In this document: piece after piece, positions 38,625 to 52,539 of the stretch
Numbering within the stretch: position 1 is the stretch's first letter
Layout of the letters: each line of letters opens with the position of its first letter
Origin: Octopus vulgaris
Lineage: Eukaryota
Direction: 5' to 3'
Length of the DNA stretch: 64,000 nucleotides
NCBI GenBank assembly: GCA_951406725.2
Contig: OX597831.1
Span: 25,482,001 to 25,546,000, forward strand
Notes under the pieces: model-generated
What the model was told of the DNA's origin: nothing
The model's input: only the letters and a program-made list of their open reading frames with translations
Database searches by the model: none
Position numbers and translations under genes: made by a program

Positions 38625-39720
38625 TTTGATAGTTTCAGGCACATTTGTACTGCATTACCTGTTACACCTCTGGGTTGCTGAGACATGTACAGTCTTTTGT
38701 GTACTTTTTTTTATTGTTGGGGGAGTGCAAACCCTTCTTAGTATTGTATTGCATCTGTTTGTTTTGCTACAGAGTTTGGTTGCAGTCTTTTGTTATATCA
38801 ATGTTCGTATTGTGTATTGTGTATGTAATGTGAGTTGTGTTCTTCTGGTGGATATCCGGTCTGTGGAGTACATGTTGTGATGGCTGTTTATATTATTGGA
38901 TATTTACTGTACAGAGTGTGTCTTGTCTTTGTGGATTGTTTTGTTTGGGTTGTATTATTAAACTAATAGTATCTTGTGTAAGGATGTGGGCTGTTCCTAG
39001 CAGGGCTATTTTTTGGGATAGTGTGTAGTTGTAATGGTCTAGGTATAGCTTCTACATTTTTGTGCATATGACTTTTATCATACCCAATGCTCCAATTATT
39101 ACAGGTATTGCTTTCCCCTTCATTCCCCACGTCTTGAATACTTCAATTTCAAGGTCTTTGTACTTTGACAATTCCTCCACTTCTTTTTGGACAGAAAAGA
39201 ATGCAGCATCTATTAGTAAACAGGTGCCTTTTTTTTTAATCCTTGATTATTATGTCTGGGTCATTAGCTTTTATTTCTTTGACAATTTGAACAGGCATAT
39301 CCTAAATGATTGTGACCTGGTCATTGCCATGAACCTTGTTTAGAACATGTTTATGCCATTTCTTGTCAGTTTTTATGTTATAGTTTTAGCATATTGTCCA
39401 GTGAATATAACTACTTATTTAGTCATGTCTGTATATATATTTAGCTTTGGCAAGAACTGGACAACCACAGCTGATGTGGTCAACTGTCTCATTGTGCTGG
39501 TGACGCATTCTGCATTTAATGTTAGGGCTTGTTTTCTTTATTTTGCTTTTATAGTAGTTTATGGTCAGACATTGGTCTTGTGCAGCAAGAATCAGTCCTT
39601 CTGTTTCTGCTTTTAGTCCAAAGCCTCTGAGTCATTCTTGGCTTTTACTTAGGCTCACTTCCTCTCTGTCAACCCATGCAAAATACTGGCCTTGGATTGC
39701 TTTTACTTAGACTCGCTTCT
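38625..39720 (-). pseudogene. R4/Dong-clade LINE 3' fragment (zinc knuckle + restriction-like endonuclease + 3' UTR)
   Basis: Minus translation gives GLKAETEGLILAAQDQCL, KCRM...ETVDHISCGCPVLAKAKYIYRHD, PDIIIKD..TCLLID, KYKDLEIEV..TWGMK..IPVIIGALG, QKIALLGTAHIL. Confidence 0.9.
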
Positions 39721-40074
39721 TCGATGACAAGCTTTTATTATCATTGTTGTTGTTGCTGTTATTACTGTTGTAGTAGTTGTTGTTATTAAAATTATTGTTA
39801 TTATTATTATTTAAAAATATTATTGTTCTTAGCTGGGAAGAATTGTTAGAACTGCAGATGAAATGTCTAACAGTATTTGGTCCAGTTCTTTAATAGGCTG
39901 AATTCAAATCAAGCAACAGGCAAATTTGTCTTTTGAAGACAATAAGTAAAAGTACAACTCAAATACAGGAGTCAATATCATTGACTGTTCCTTAGCCCAA
40001 AATTTGTGACTTTCTCTGTAAGAAAATAACCTCCTCCTCCCCTCCTCCTCCTCCTCCTCATCATCATCATCATT

Positions 40075-40436
40075 ACTATTGCCTTTGCACAGCTTCTAAC
40101 ACTGGAGATGTACTACGGTGTCAGCTGTTCACTACCAGTGAACTAAGGTAACACCTCTTATTTTTCAAGCACCTTCCGGAGTATTCGAGCAATTCCAAGC
40201 AGTGCTGTTTTCTGCAAGTGCTCTACCCTTATTGCAGCACCCTGTTGATTCTATGTACTTCTCAAGATTTTTACTCACTGTTCCCTGGGCTCCGACAATT
40301 ATTGGTACTACTGCCACCATTTTCAATGACCACAACTGCTTAACCTTCCAAGCTAACCTGTCATATCTATCGTCTTTTATTTCCTCGCATACCTTGTTGT
40401 CAGCTGGGCATTGTATACCTATGATCCAGCATTGTT
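40075..40436 (-). pseudogene. R4/Dong-clade LINE 3' fragment, second subfamily
   Basis: CWIIGIQCPADNKV...YDRLAWKVKQLWSLK.VAVVPIIVGAQGTVSKNLEKY, then EHLQKTALLGIARILRKVLEK*. Confidence 0.88.
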
Positions 40437-40721
40437 TATTATTATTATTATTATTACTATCATCATCATCATCATCATCATCATCACTAGTATTATAATT
40501 ATTAAGGTGGTGAGCTGACAGAATCATTAGTAAACCAGGTGAAATGCTTAGCAGCATTTAGTTAGCGTCTATGCTCTGAATTCAAATTCCACAGGAGTTG
40601 ACTTTGCCTTTCACCCTTTCAGGGTTGATTAAATAAGTACCAGTTACAGACTGGGGTCGATGTAATACACTTGATCCCTTCCCCAAAATTTGAGACCTTT
40701 TGCTTCTAGTAGAAAGGATTA

Positions 40722-40790
<69 letters not shown>

Positions 40791-40804
40791 TTTTTCTTCT
40801 TCTT

Positions 40805-40835
<31 letters not shown>

Positions 40836-41035
40836 TCATTATTATTATTATTATTATTGTTATCATTATTATTGTGATTATTATTATTATCATTATCATT
40901 TAAGGTGGAAAGCTGTCAGAATCCTTAGCATGTTGGACGAAATGCTTAGTGGCATTTAGCCCATCACTATGCTCTGAGTTAAAATTTTGCCAAGTCAACT
41001 TTGCCTTTCATCCATTTGGGGTTGATAAATTAACA

Positions 41036-41086
<51 letters not shown>

Positions 41087-41668
41087 TGTATATATATGTG
41101 TATGTATGTATGAATATATATGTGTATGTATGTATGTATATATATATGTATGTATGTATATATACATATATATGTTTATATATGTGTATATATATTTATA
41201 TGTATATATATGTGTGTGTGTGTGTGTGTATATGTGTATACATACATGTATGTATATATATATATATATATATGCGCATTTGAGTGTATGTTAGTATGTT
41301 TGTACTATATACTGAGATCAATAACTTTGTTCTAAGTTTTCTCATAAACACTCTCACTGATCTAAATTTTTTAACTTCTCGTTAATTATTTATTGGGCAC
41401 TTTAGCAGGGAAAATACCTTGTTTTTCGGTCAAATTGCAATTGTGTTATGTAGAACATATGCATATATGCTGCTGTTTCATGTATAAGTATGATGTGTGT
41501 CTAAATGTGAGATTGTGCATAAATCTATCTTTGTACTATTTTCTAATTCTCTTTCGTGTTTTCTTTTTTCATTGTTTCCTTTGAAAAACGATTCTCATTC
41601 ATTCCACTCATTCACTTTTTCTCTACTACATATCGACTTACACAAACACACACACACACATAGATATA

Positions 41669-41714
<46 letters not shown>

Positions 41715-42732
41715 TATATACATATTCTTTTATTCTGTTACTTGTTTCTGTGATTTGACTACAGCCATGCTGGAGCACCACCTTTAGTTGAACAAACTGA
41801 CCCCAGGACTTATTCTTCATAAGACTGTCAAGCAATGTTGTAGGGACAAAACATACTCACAGACATATACACACACATACATATATATACTCGGAGACCA
41901 CTTTCGGTCATGACTGACCATGGGATTGCACCTAGGAAGTTACCCTCCCAGGCACAAGTCCAAGCAAAGTTGTTTTTATGGAAGACCAGCAGTCGCCCAT
42001 GCATACTGGCTTCCCCTCTCTATGCCACTAGTGTTATCCAAGGGAAAGGCAAAGGCCGATACAGATTGGCATCAGTGACGTCGCAACTCATTTCTACAGC
42101 TGATTGAACTGGAGCAACGTGAAATAAAGAACACAACATGCAATCCAGTCCGGGATTCGAACTCACAACCTCACGATCGCAAGCTCGCCGCTCTAACCAC
42201 TGAGCCATGCACCTTCACTATATATATATATATCTATATTATTCATATAAATACAGTGTACATTGAAACACATACGAGGTAACCAACATAAGAAACCTAG
42301 CATGCTAGAAGGAATAGCCAAAATCCAAACCACTATTAGGGATAAATTTCGAAGGGAATGAAAAATAAAAACATTTACCATCTTTCTCCTGGACTATGGT
42401 TTCTAGCTAGAAACCATGGTCCAGGAGATAGGAATTCTACCTTACTTTCCTAATTAAAGGAGAACTCATAGGATAATGTAATCCAAAATATACATCTTAA
42501 AAAAAATGAGAGGACAGTCGCCTTTGAAATATTGTTGATCACAGATATACTAAATAAGGTGGCGAGCTGGCAGAAACGTTAGCATGCCGGGCAAAATATT
42601 TAGCAGTATTTCGTCTGCCACTATGTTCTGAATTCAAATTCCGCCAAGGTCAACTTTGCCTTCCATCCTTTCAGGGTCAATTAAATAAGTACTAGTTATG
42701 CACTGGGGTCAATATAATCTACTTAATCCATT

Positions 42733-43164
42733 TGTCAGTCCTTGTTTGTCCCCTCTGTGTGTATCCCATTGTAGGCAGTAAAGAAATAAGATATACTAAA
42801 TCAAAGTTAATTTGCAACTAAACAACAGCAAATAAAATTATGGAGATTTTTTTTCTAAAAATGGTGGAGCTATATCCCTGAAATCATAGCCTTCCACCTT
42901 GAAAAGTAAGGGCACCACATTGGTTAATATAACACTGGATGCCTTCTGTCTGTCCTTATTTGTCACCTCTGTGTGTAGCCCCTTGTGGGCAGTAAAGAAA
43001 TAAGATGTACTAAATCAAGGTCAATTTGTGACTACAAAAGAGTAAATAAAATTATGGAGCTTTTTTCTAAAAATAGTAGATCTATATCCCTGAAGTCATA
43101 GCCTTCTACCTTGAAAATTAAGGGCAACACATTGGTTAATATAACACTGGATGCCTTCTGTCTG
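42733..43164. repeat. Tandem segmental duplication (~213 bp) including a SINE B tail and flank
   Basis: GTCCTT.TTTGTC.CCTCTGTGTGTA...AACACTGGATGCCTTCTGTCTG present twice with modest divergence. Confidence 0.9.
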
Positions 43165-43796
43165 AAAGTTAGATCATAACAGGAATGCCTTTTATTAATA
43201 TAGGTCTGCTAGTTCAAGTTTGACTTAGGGTTAAACAGCCAGAAAAAACATCAATCTAGTAAATGTTTATAATCAACAACATAGAATTTGAACAGAGCTC
43301 TAATGGATTGTTTCATCTGCTGCTGAGAAATCTAGTTTGTTTATTTGAACAAAAACGGAAAAAGAAAAAGAAGAAAAAGCTTAACCAGTAACCGAGTAAC
43401 CCATGACCATACTTCAGTCACATAATCCCTGTAGCAGCATTCATAACCTTATTGGTATTATATTGTTTAGATTGTCAGTATTACCATATAAAGTGGGATG
43501 CCTTGTCAAGCTATCAAATGCTTTGACATTTCATAACACTAATGGTGTTAGATATATCGATGTTATATCATTTAAAAATGAAGAAATGATGAAACAACCT
43601 GTTTTCATTGAGCCTAGCTCTTACCACCACCATCACCACACACACACATCGCACTCAGATAAAAGGTAAATAATACATCCTGGTGGAATTGGAACACTCA
43701 ACACAAATGGATGTAAGCTAAATACAGCAATTATTTCATCCATACGTCCATTTCTACAATTTCCCACCTTTATTATAAGAATGTTATTATTTTTAG

Positions 43797-43840
<44 letters not shown>

Positions 43841-43891
43841 ACACCACCGCCACCACCATCACAACTCTTCTTCTTCTTCTTCTTCTTCTTC

Positions 43892-43941
<50 letters not shown>

Positions 43942-43949
43942 TATACCAT

Positions 43950-44419
43950 TGAATGAGAGAGCAGTGCATGCCATCAAAGTGACTCTGGGGTAAAATATAC
44001 GAAGCCCAGTATACTAATCATGACTACCTGTCTGATAAGTGCACACTAGGCACATGCATCACAGCCATATGTGCACGACATGGTGATCTCATATCAAGAT
44101 AAACAGCACATGACCTTGCAGGTGGGGTCCCAGTTAGAATTTTCTTCTGGTAAGCCCATCCTGTTCAAAAGGTCCCTAAACTAGGATTCTTTAAAGATGT
44201 TGAACAAAACACCCATGTTTCCAGAGGTGAATTATTCAAGCCCCAAAGAATCCCTCTCAGCACATGGCTATAATGCTCCCCCACTACTTCTGCTCGTGAT
44301 TAGAGATGCACATATCGTCAGCCACTAATGGACATGGTCAACTGGTTAAGGTCAAACAACTGACAAGCAAATCTGTGGTATTGAGCAGAATATTTGCTGT
44401 AGCCCATCTTTTATACCAA
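43950..44419 (-). mobile_element. Family F repeat, truncated copy in (ATT)n
   Basis: Aligns to 37795-38255 and lacks the last ~90 bp of the first copy. Confidence 0.8.
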
Positions 44420-44439
44420 TTATTATTATTATTATTATT

Positions 44440-44752
44440 CTATGTTTGACTTTTATTTTACATTTGCACATGCTGGCTCCAAGTCTCACCCAGAGACTTC
44501 AAGAAGCAACAAGTTGGACGTTTGTGTTGGTGTTATGCCTAGGGTGCCATATATTTGGTTTTGTACTTAGTGTTGTACTAGTAAATGCCTAAAAAAAAAC
44601 ATACGAAAATTATGTTTGTTTTAAAACTTGAGATTACATAGAAAGTATTTTGCATAGGATATGAGCAGTTCCCATGAGCCCTATCTTTTGGATTTCTGCC
44701 ATTTTGAGGTTTCCTGGTATCTGAGTTAGGTAGCAATCAGCCCCTTTTGCTA
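44440..44752 (-). pseudogene. R4/Dong-clade LINE extreme 3' end, third subfamily
   Basis: Minus translation AKGADCYLTQIPGNLKMAEIQKIGLMGTAHILCKILSM* then UTR; (ATT)n on both sides. Confidence 0.8.
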
Positions 44753-44802
<50 letters not shown>

Positions 44803-46137
44803 GGTAACAAGCTGGCAGAATCCTTAGCATGCTGGGTGAAATGTTTAGTGGTATTTTGCTTGTCTCCATATTCTGAGTTCAAAATACCGCTGAGGTCAAC
44901 TTTGCCTTTCATCCTCTCGAGGTCAATGAAATAAGTATGCCATCTAGATCACAAAATATATGGACAATGAGACATAAACCACGAGACATGCGGGCCACAA
45001 GAGGTATTGATTCTACAAGATGACTGTCAAGGGGTACTGGCATCGACCATGTTTGGATGGTGCTTTTTACGTGCCACCAGCACGGGAGCCAGTCACATGG
45101 TCCTGGCATCGATCACATTCAGATAGTGCTTCTTACGTGCCACCAGCACAGGAATCAGTCAGGGTGTACTCTCTTTTTAAAGATAGCAAGGTATGATTTA
45201 AGGGAGATTTGACTACCATTTCTGACTTGCTGCGTGAGAACATAGAAGGTCTTTGTTAGCTTGCAATAATAATAGTTCTTAACATAGAGCACCATGCAAG
45301 CGTGATCGTTGCCAGAGTAGCTAACTGGCTTCCATGCTGGTGGCATGTAGGAGGCACCATTCGAGCGGGATCGTTACCAGCATCGCCTTACTGGCACCTG
45401 TGCCGTTGGCATGTGTAAAAAGATTTGAGTGAGGTTGTTGCCAGTACCGCCTGACTGGCCCCCATGCCGGTGACACGTAAAAGCAACCACTACACTCTCG
45501 GAGTGGTTGGCGTTAGGAAGGGCATCCAGCTGTAGAAACTCTGCCAGATCAAGACTGGAGCCTGGTGCAGCCATCTGGTTCGCCATCCCTCATTCAAACC
45601 GTCCAACCCATGCTAGCATAGAAAGCAGACGTTAAACGGTGATGATGATGATGATGAAGATGATAGGTTCAGGTTAACAAATATAGGATTATGTGGGTAT
45701 TTGACTGGTAAATATTTTATCAATGCAAGTAAGATGAAAAACAAAGTCAACTATATGAGGGTTTGAACTCACGAAATAGAAAACTATAACTAAATACTGC
45801 TAGACATGTTGTTTTCTGCTTTGCTAATCCTGCCAATAATAATCGCATTATAAACAACTGATTTGTCCTAATGTGTTAAGTCAATGTGTACTTTTACGTG
45901 GTTCCTTCATCACAATTTTATAGAGTTTTTGATGTGTGAAATAAACAGAAGCAAGCAGCAAGCATAATGTTTGGGGGGAAAAAAATACAAAGTGCAGAAA
46001 GAAAATATTGGTGAAAGACATGCAAATATAATAAAGTAAATATAAATAATGATTTAGTAATTTTGGCATTCTCAGAATGGTTTTTTTCGCAATTGTCAAT
46101 TGTCATTAGTTGAAACGGTTGCTGAGGTCCACATTTC

Positions 46138-46175
<38 letters not shown>

Positions 46176-46453
46176 TTATATGTTTTCAGAAAAAATGTGA
46201 TTTATGGGGTTTTATTTATTTATTATATATACACACACACATGCATGGATACACGTACATTATATGAAGGCATATGTTTTATACATAGGGTGTATATAAT
46301 GTGTGAGTGTTTGTGTGATTGTGTACTTAGGTATATTTATATATGTTCAATGATGTTTAAATGTATATAGAGGGATGTTTTTTTGCATAAATGTGTTTAT
46401 GTGCGTGAATATATATATATACATTTATATGTAGAAATGTAACTTTAAGTATG

Positions 46454-46489
<36 letters not shown>

Positions 46490-47065
46490 TGTAAGTGTGT
46501 GAGTATATATATTTATATATATGTATATATATATAGATAGATAGTTATATAGATAGATGTACGTATACACATGTATATATATTTGTGTGCATATATATAT
46601 GTATATGTGTGTGTATGTATATATGTATACTATATATATGTGTGTGTGTGCATGTATATGTATGTATTTATGCATATAAATGTGTATGCCTTGTCTGACT
46701 GTCAGCCTGAGAATATCATTCTTCATAAGCACTTAAATATATTCATAATATGTGCAAATGTTTATTCCATATTTTTTCCATAATGTATAATGTAGGTTTA
46801 ATTATCTATACTTATATCTTTGAGCATAAACACATGACTATGTATATATACTAATCTAATTGCATGTCACTGTTTACATAACTTAAAACACTTAAGTATT
46901 GCTGTATATTTTAATTTAGTAAACCATAATGCTGTATACTGTGTAGAGTAGAATGCATATATACGATTGTATTTATATACACGTATTTATATGTTTTGTG
47001 GTTTAATTTTAACACAATTTCATTGTGATTATTATACCACAATAGATTTTACATTTTACTACATT

Positions 47066-47364
<299 letters not shown>

Positions 47365-49184
47365 CATACATATTTACGTGCGTGTTTGTATGTTTAAATG
47401 CGTACATGTATAAGTATGCATGTGTCTATTTATATATGCGTGTGTGTATAAAAAGATGTTGTGTGGTAAGTAGCTTGCTTACCAACCACATGAATCTGGG
47501 TTCATTCCCTCTGTGTGGCACCTTGTGCAAGTGTCTTCTACAATAGCCTCGGGCTGACCAAAGCCTTGTGGGTGGATTTGGTAGACGGAAAGTGAAAGAA
47601 GCTCATTGTATATATGTATATGTATATGTGTTTGTATATATTTGTGCATCTGTGTTTGTCCTCCCAACATCACTTGACAACTGATGCTGGTGTGTTTGCA
47701 TCCCCATAACTTAGCAGTTCGGCAAAAGAGACTGATAGAATAAGTACTAGGCTTACAAAAAACAAGTCCTGGGGTCGATTTGCTTGACAAAAGGCGGTGC
47801 TCCAGCATGGCCACAGTCAAATGGTTGAAACAAGTAAAAGAGTAATATATATATATCTATATACATAAATGTATAAAAATATATATATATATAAATATAG
47901 CTTTGTCTAAGAGCTTATCCAATAATATATATATATAAATGCACATATTCACAATGACTCTTTCCAATGCACTTGCATTGTTTAGCATTGGCTCATTGTT
48001 AGTCATTTTCTTCCTTTATTTTGAAAAAAAAGAGAATGTTTTGAATTTTTCACTTGCACAAATGTCTACATATTCCCTAAATGAAACATTACTAAACGAT
48101 GAATCTTTGATTTGTTGCTTATGTATCCTAATTGTTATATTCAGATGGATCCTGTTGGGCCAATATAATTCTCACTGCATTGTGGACTTGCGATACAGTG
48201 AATAAGATTTATTGTTTTTCAGTTCATTTTTGCATTATTCTTCAATTCCTTCCCAGTTTTGAGCCTTTTGGTTTTGCTCTTTTCAATTATTTTACATTTC
48301 CCACAACTGCGTTATTGCAGTTTCTGATATGAATAATGCCTTTCTTAAGAGTCTTTCAAGACTTGATAATTATCTTTGCTTATTGATTATATGTGATTCT
48401 TTAAATATTATTCTGAGTCTTGATGAACGATGTGAAATTGAAAGTTATAGTTTGGCTGAATGTAAGATGCTATGGTTTCAAGGATTATGTATCAATACAA
48501 ATGGAATATTTATGCTCTTAGTTTCATTGCCATGGTGAAGGTTTCTCATTAAGATGGAAATTGGAATCTCTCTTACCTCAGTTATTGCATGATTTACTAT
48601 GTATTTTAGGGTTTTTTTTTAAGGAAATTCTAGTCTTCTCTCATTTATTTTTCTCTGTAGCTATTGAAAGTCTACATCTTGCCAGATTAAAAGGATATTC
48701 CTTTTAATACAGGATGGGTGACAAGATCTAAAATTTAAGTATTGGTGCAACTCAATGTCCTCCCTCTAAAGATCAGTTGAAAGAATCTCATTTTCCTTAA
48801 TTATTAGAATGTCCAAAAAATTAAGTTCCCTTTCATTTCATTTCTATTGTGAAGTGGATAGATTCGTGCATTCTATAAATTGATTTAAGGAATCTTGTAA
48901 GGTTTGCTTTACTTCCGTTCTAAAATATGAAGCAATCATCCAGGAATCATTTCCTGTTTTCCTTTACATAGGTTTGGAAATGTTGATCAAAGGTAATCCT
49001 AGAATAACCATAGATTTTTGTCTTGAAAAAAACCCATTACTAGTGTTGCAAATGTGGGTGCAAATACTGTGATCATTGCTATCCTTTTTATTTAAAGGTA
49101 ATACTGATTATCAAAGAAGTAGTTGTTTTCTAGTGCCATTCGCAATTCTCATATTCTATGTGGTTATATGTCTATCTAGAACAC

Positions 49185-49505
49185 TTTTTATTTTTTTATT
49201 TAGGCACCCTTTTTCAAGCCTAGCCAGGCTCATGGGCCCGGTTTCCTGGTTTCTATGGCATATGTGTTCCCCCCAGCTGGACGGGACACCAGTCCATTGC
49301 AGCTTTACTCGAGAAACAGGAAGAAAGCGTGAGAGCAAGTTGGGGCGAAAGAATACAACAGGGGTCGTCACCACCCCCTGCCTGAGCCTCGTGGAGCTTT
49401 AGGTGCTTTGCTCAATAAACACACTGAACGCTCGGTCTGGGAGTCGAAACCGCAATCCTCCTACCACAAGTCCGCTGCCCTAACCACTGGGCCATTGTGC
49501 CTCCA
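49185..49505 (-). mobile_element. SINE family E inserted in the Penelope RT
   Basis: Homologous to 28371-28698; ATCTAGAA on both sides. Confidence 0.85.
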
Positions 49506-49619
49506 CATCTAGAATTCTACTGTTTCCAATCCTAAACTATGGGGGATATTTGAGTTGAGGTTGGCCACATCAAATCTAACCAGGATTCAACTCTATATTC
49601 ACTCTTTCAGGAATGTGGT

Positions 49620-49848
49620 TTAACCCTTTAGTGTTTAAACCGGCCATATCCGGCCAAAAGTATTCTGCCTGTTTTATGTTCAAACTGGCCAGATCTGGTC
49701 TCTTACACCAACCCTACAATATCGGTTTAAAAATTAACAGCTACCTCATCAAAATCTCATAGCTACAAAACAATGCATGATTAGTTCAAAACAATTTGGA
49801 TAAAAAGGGATTAATTTTGGCAGAATAATGCAAGCACTAAAGGGTTAA
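49620..49848 (-). mobile_element. piggyBac-type MITE (P2-related) inserted in the Penelope RT
   Basis: TTAACCCTTTAGTG...CACTAAAGGGTTAA; RT reading resumes on either side. Confidence 0.88.
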
Positions 49849-50169
49849 GAAGTCCATATCATCTTTGATGAAACTGGGGACCATTCATATAATTGTTCCA
49901 AAATTATATCAAGTAAATTGCTTAATTATTAGGTAATTGATGTTGGTCCTGCAACAATTAAGCATAATTATAAATCAGACAGTTTGGGAATCTTTTACAT
50001 ATGGTATACTGAGACCCTTTAAGCTGAAATCCTTTAGATTTATGAATTTTCAGTAATCCATAAAAGTCATTTGTTTTTTTACCTCAAAATTGATCGGGTA
50101 ATCCAACTTCTTTTCTGTGAAGTTAGTTTTTGAATTTGTCCATTAATTTACCAATCTTGTTCATTGTTT

Positions 50170-50632
50170 CATCATCATCATCATCATCATCGTTTAACAT
50201 CCGTTCTCCATGCTAGCATGGGTTGGACGGTTCGACCGGGGATCTGGGAAGCCAGAAGGCTGCACCAGGCTCCGGTCTTATCTGGCAATGTTTCTACAGC
50301 TGGATGCCCTTCCTAACGCCAACCACTCCGTGAGTGTAGTGGGTGCTTTTTACGTGCCACCTGCACTGGTGCCAGGTGAGGCTGGCATCGGCCACGGTCG
50401 GATTGGTTCAATTTCGATTCCGATTTCACTTGCCCCAACAGGTCTTTGCAAGCAAAGCGGGGTTGGCATAGGTGCCTGTCATCGGATGAGGTTCGATATC
50501 GACTTTGCTTGCCTCAATAGGTCTTTGTGTGTCCAAGGGAGGAAAGGCATGCATAAGTGGGCTGGACTCACTTGTCCTGCCTGGTCTTTTCATGCACAGC
50601 AAATTTCCAAAGGTCTCGGTCGCTGGTCATGT
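50170..50632 (-). mobile_element. 5'-truncated RTE-type LINE (ORF C-terminus + 3' UTR + (GAT)n)
   Basis: Minus strand starts MTSDRDLWKFAVHEKTRQDK*, a typical RTE C-terminal DR..W motif; TTGTTTCA on both sides. Confidence 0.82.
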
Positions 50633-51014
50633 TTGTTTCAGCATATTTGTTCCTGTTTTTGTTTTTGTAGAAATGTTGGTCATTCATTTGTTCTAAGACC
50701 ATGTCCTTGTAAAGGGTCTGGTCGATCATTACAATGGCTACTCAACTTCAAAAAGGCAACAGAAGAATACTTTATACAAATTCTAAATCTGAAACTTAAC
50801 AGGAAATAGTGAACTCTGTTCCCAAAACCGATTCTCGTTTATACATATTTCCCCAATAACACTTCTGTTTGAAAAGCTGTAATCAGGAAAAGTGCTTAAA
50901 CATGAATGCTTCTTTCCAAAAGATATTTGTCATTCTGGTATTAAATAAGATGTTCTTATATAATTAATAATTTTTTTATTTTCGGAAAACTTTTTTCAAA
51001 TATATGTCTGTGTC

Positions 51015-51050
51015 TCTATCTATTTATCTATCTATCTATCACTCAATCTA

Positions 51051-51098
<48 letters not shown>

Positions 51099-51134
51099 AA
51101 TCTATATCTATCTATCTATCTATCACTCAATCTA

Positions 51135-51172
<38 letters not shown>

Positions 51173-51218
51173 CCACTCAATCTATCTATCTATCTATCTG
51201 TCTGTCTGTCTGTCTGCC

Positions 51219-51266
<48 letters not shown>

Positions 51267-51276
51267 ACTCAATCTA

Positions 51277-51314
<38 letters not shown>

Positions 51315-51334
51315 CCACTCAATCTATCTATCTA

Positions 51335-51392
<58 letters not shown>

Positions 51393-51456
51393 ACTCAATC
51401 TATATCTATCTATCTATCTATCTATCTATCTGTCTATCTATCTATCACTCAATCTA

Positions 51457-51528
<72 letters not shown>

Positions 51529-51594
51529 ACTCAACCTATATCTATCTATCTATCACGCAATCTATATCTATCTATCTATCTATCACTCAATCTA

Positions 51595-51639
<45 letters not shown>

Positions 51640-51640
51640 A
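51015..51640. repeat. (TCTA)n/(TCTG)n satellite punctuated by CACTCAA
   Basis: Directly visible; explains the 308-aa SIYL ORF. Confidence 0.95.
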
Positions 51641-52352
51641 TCCATTCATCCATCTGCACACACAAACACACACACACAGGTACATACTCATACTACTGTG
51701 TGTACATATATGTATATTTGTGTGTGTGTGTGTGTGTGTGTATTTTGTTTGTGTGTGTGTTAGCACTTAGTTCCTTAGAGATAGTCAAAGCAACTGCTGT
51801 AAAATTATTGGCAATTATTTGTTGGTTGCTGTTTGTATTTTTCTTCTTTAATACCCACCACCACCATCACACCCCTCTCTCCCTCTCCCCCCTCTCTCTC
51901 GCTAATATTTTTTGCTTATTTAGAAAATAAGAAAATCCATCATGGTGTAATAACATTTCACAATTCTATCAACATTCAAACTCACACCAGATAAAGTAGT
52001 TTATTCTTAGCTATTCTTTTTATAATTCTCCATTATTTTTTTTGTCCTGCTTTTGCTGTCTTATTTAATTTTGATCATCATCATCATCATTACCAACATC
52101 ATCATAATAGCCATTATGTTTGTTTTTTTTTTATTATTAGCAGTATTTATGACTACAATTGTTGTTATTCAGGGGAAAGGTATTATATTAATAAACATAC
52201 TAAAAATTATTATGCTATAAATCATTATTATTATTCAATAATTCTATTCTAAAGATATTTTCATTATTTTTTCTCACCATTATAACCAAGCATTTTCATT
52301 TAGTAAGGAAACAAGAATGTATTTATATGTCTGTATTATTCATATATATATC

Positions 52353-52383
<31 letters not shown>

Positions 52384-52444
52384 TACACACATATATATTA
52401 TGTGATTATGTGTATATTTTTGTGTATATATACATATATATATG

Positions 52445-52486
<42 letters not shown>

Positions 52487-52539
52487 CATATACATATATA
52501 TTTAGTATAGTAAAATATATTCATGTAATATAAATATAT

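Larger units (their letters stand above)
47940..50960 (-). pseudogene. Decayed Penelope-like retroelement (RT + GIY-YIG endonuclease), interrupted by three younger insertions
   Basis: Minus-strand motifs in order: AIVMIDQTLYKDMVLEQMND (~50680-50745), FYGLLKIHKSK (50033-50065), LIVAGPTSIT..LSNLLDIIL, FDVANLNSNIPH (~49540-49576), IAMITVFAPTFATLVMG, FLDDCF (48929-48946), LNFLDI, HQYLNFRSCHP (48715-48747), NLIHCIASPQCSENYIGPTG (48150-48209), IHKQQIKD. Many stops and frameshifts; outer boundaries approximate. Confidence 0.88.

Noticed and set aside
50210-50809. 199-aa ORF with LQLDALPNANHS motif shared with other ORFs
   Set aside because: Antisense reading of the RTE 3' UTR running into antisense Penelope sequence.
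51004-51930. 308-aa ORF, the longest in the track
   Set aside because: Translation of a (TCTA)n satellite (SIYL repeats); no protein-like complexity.
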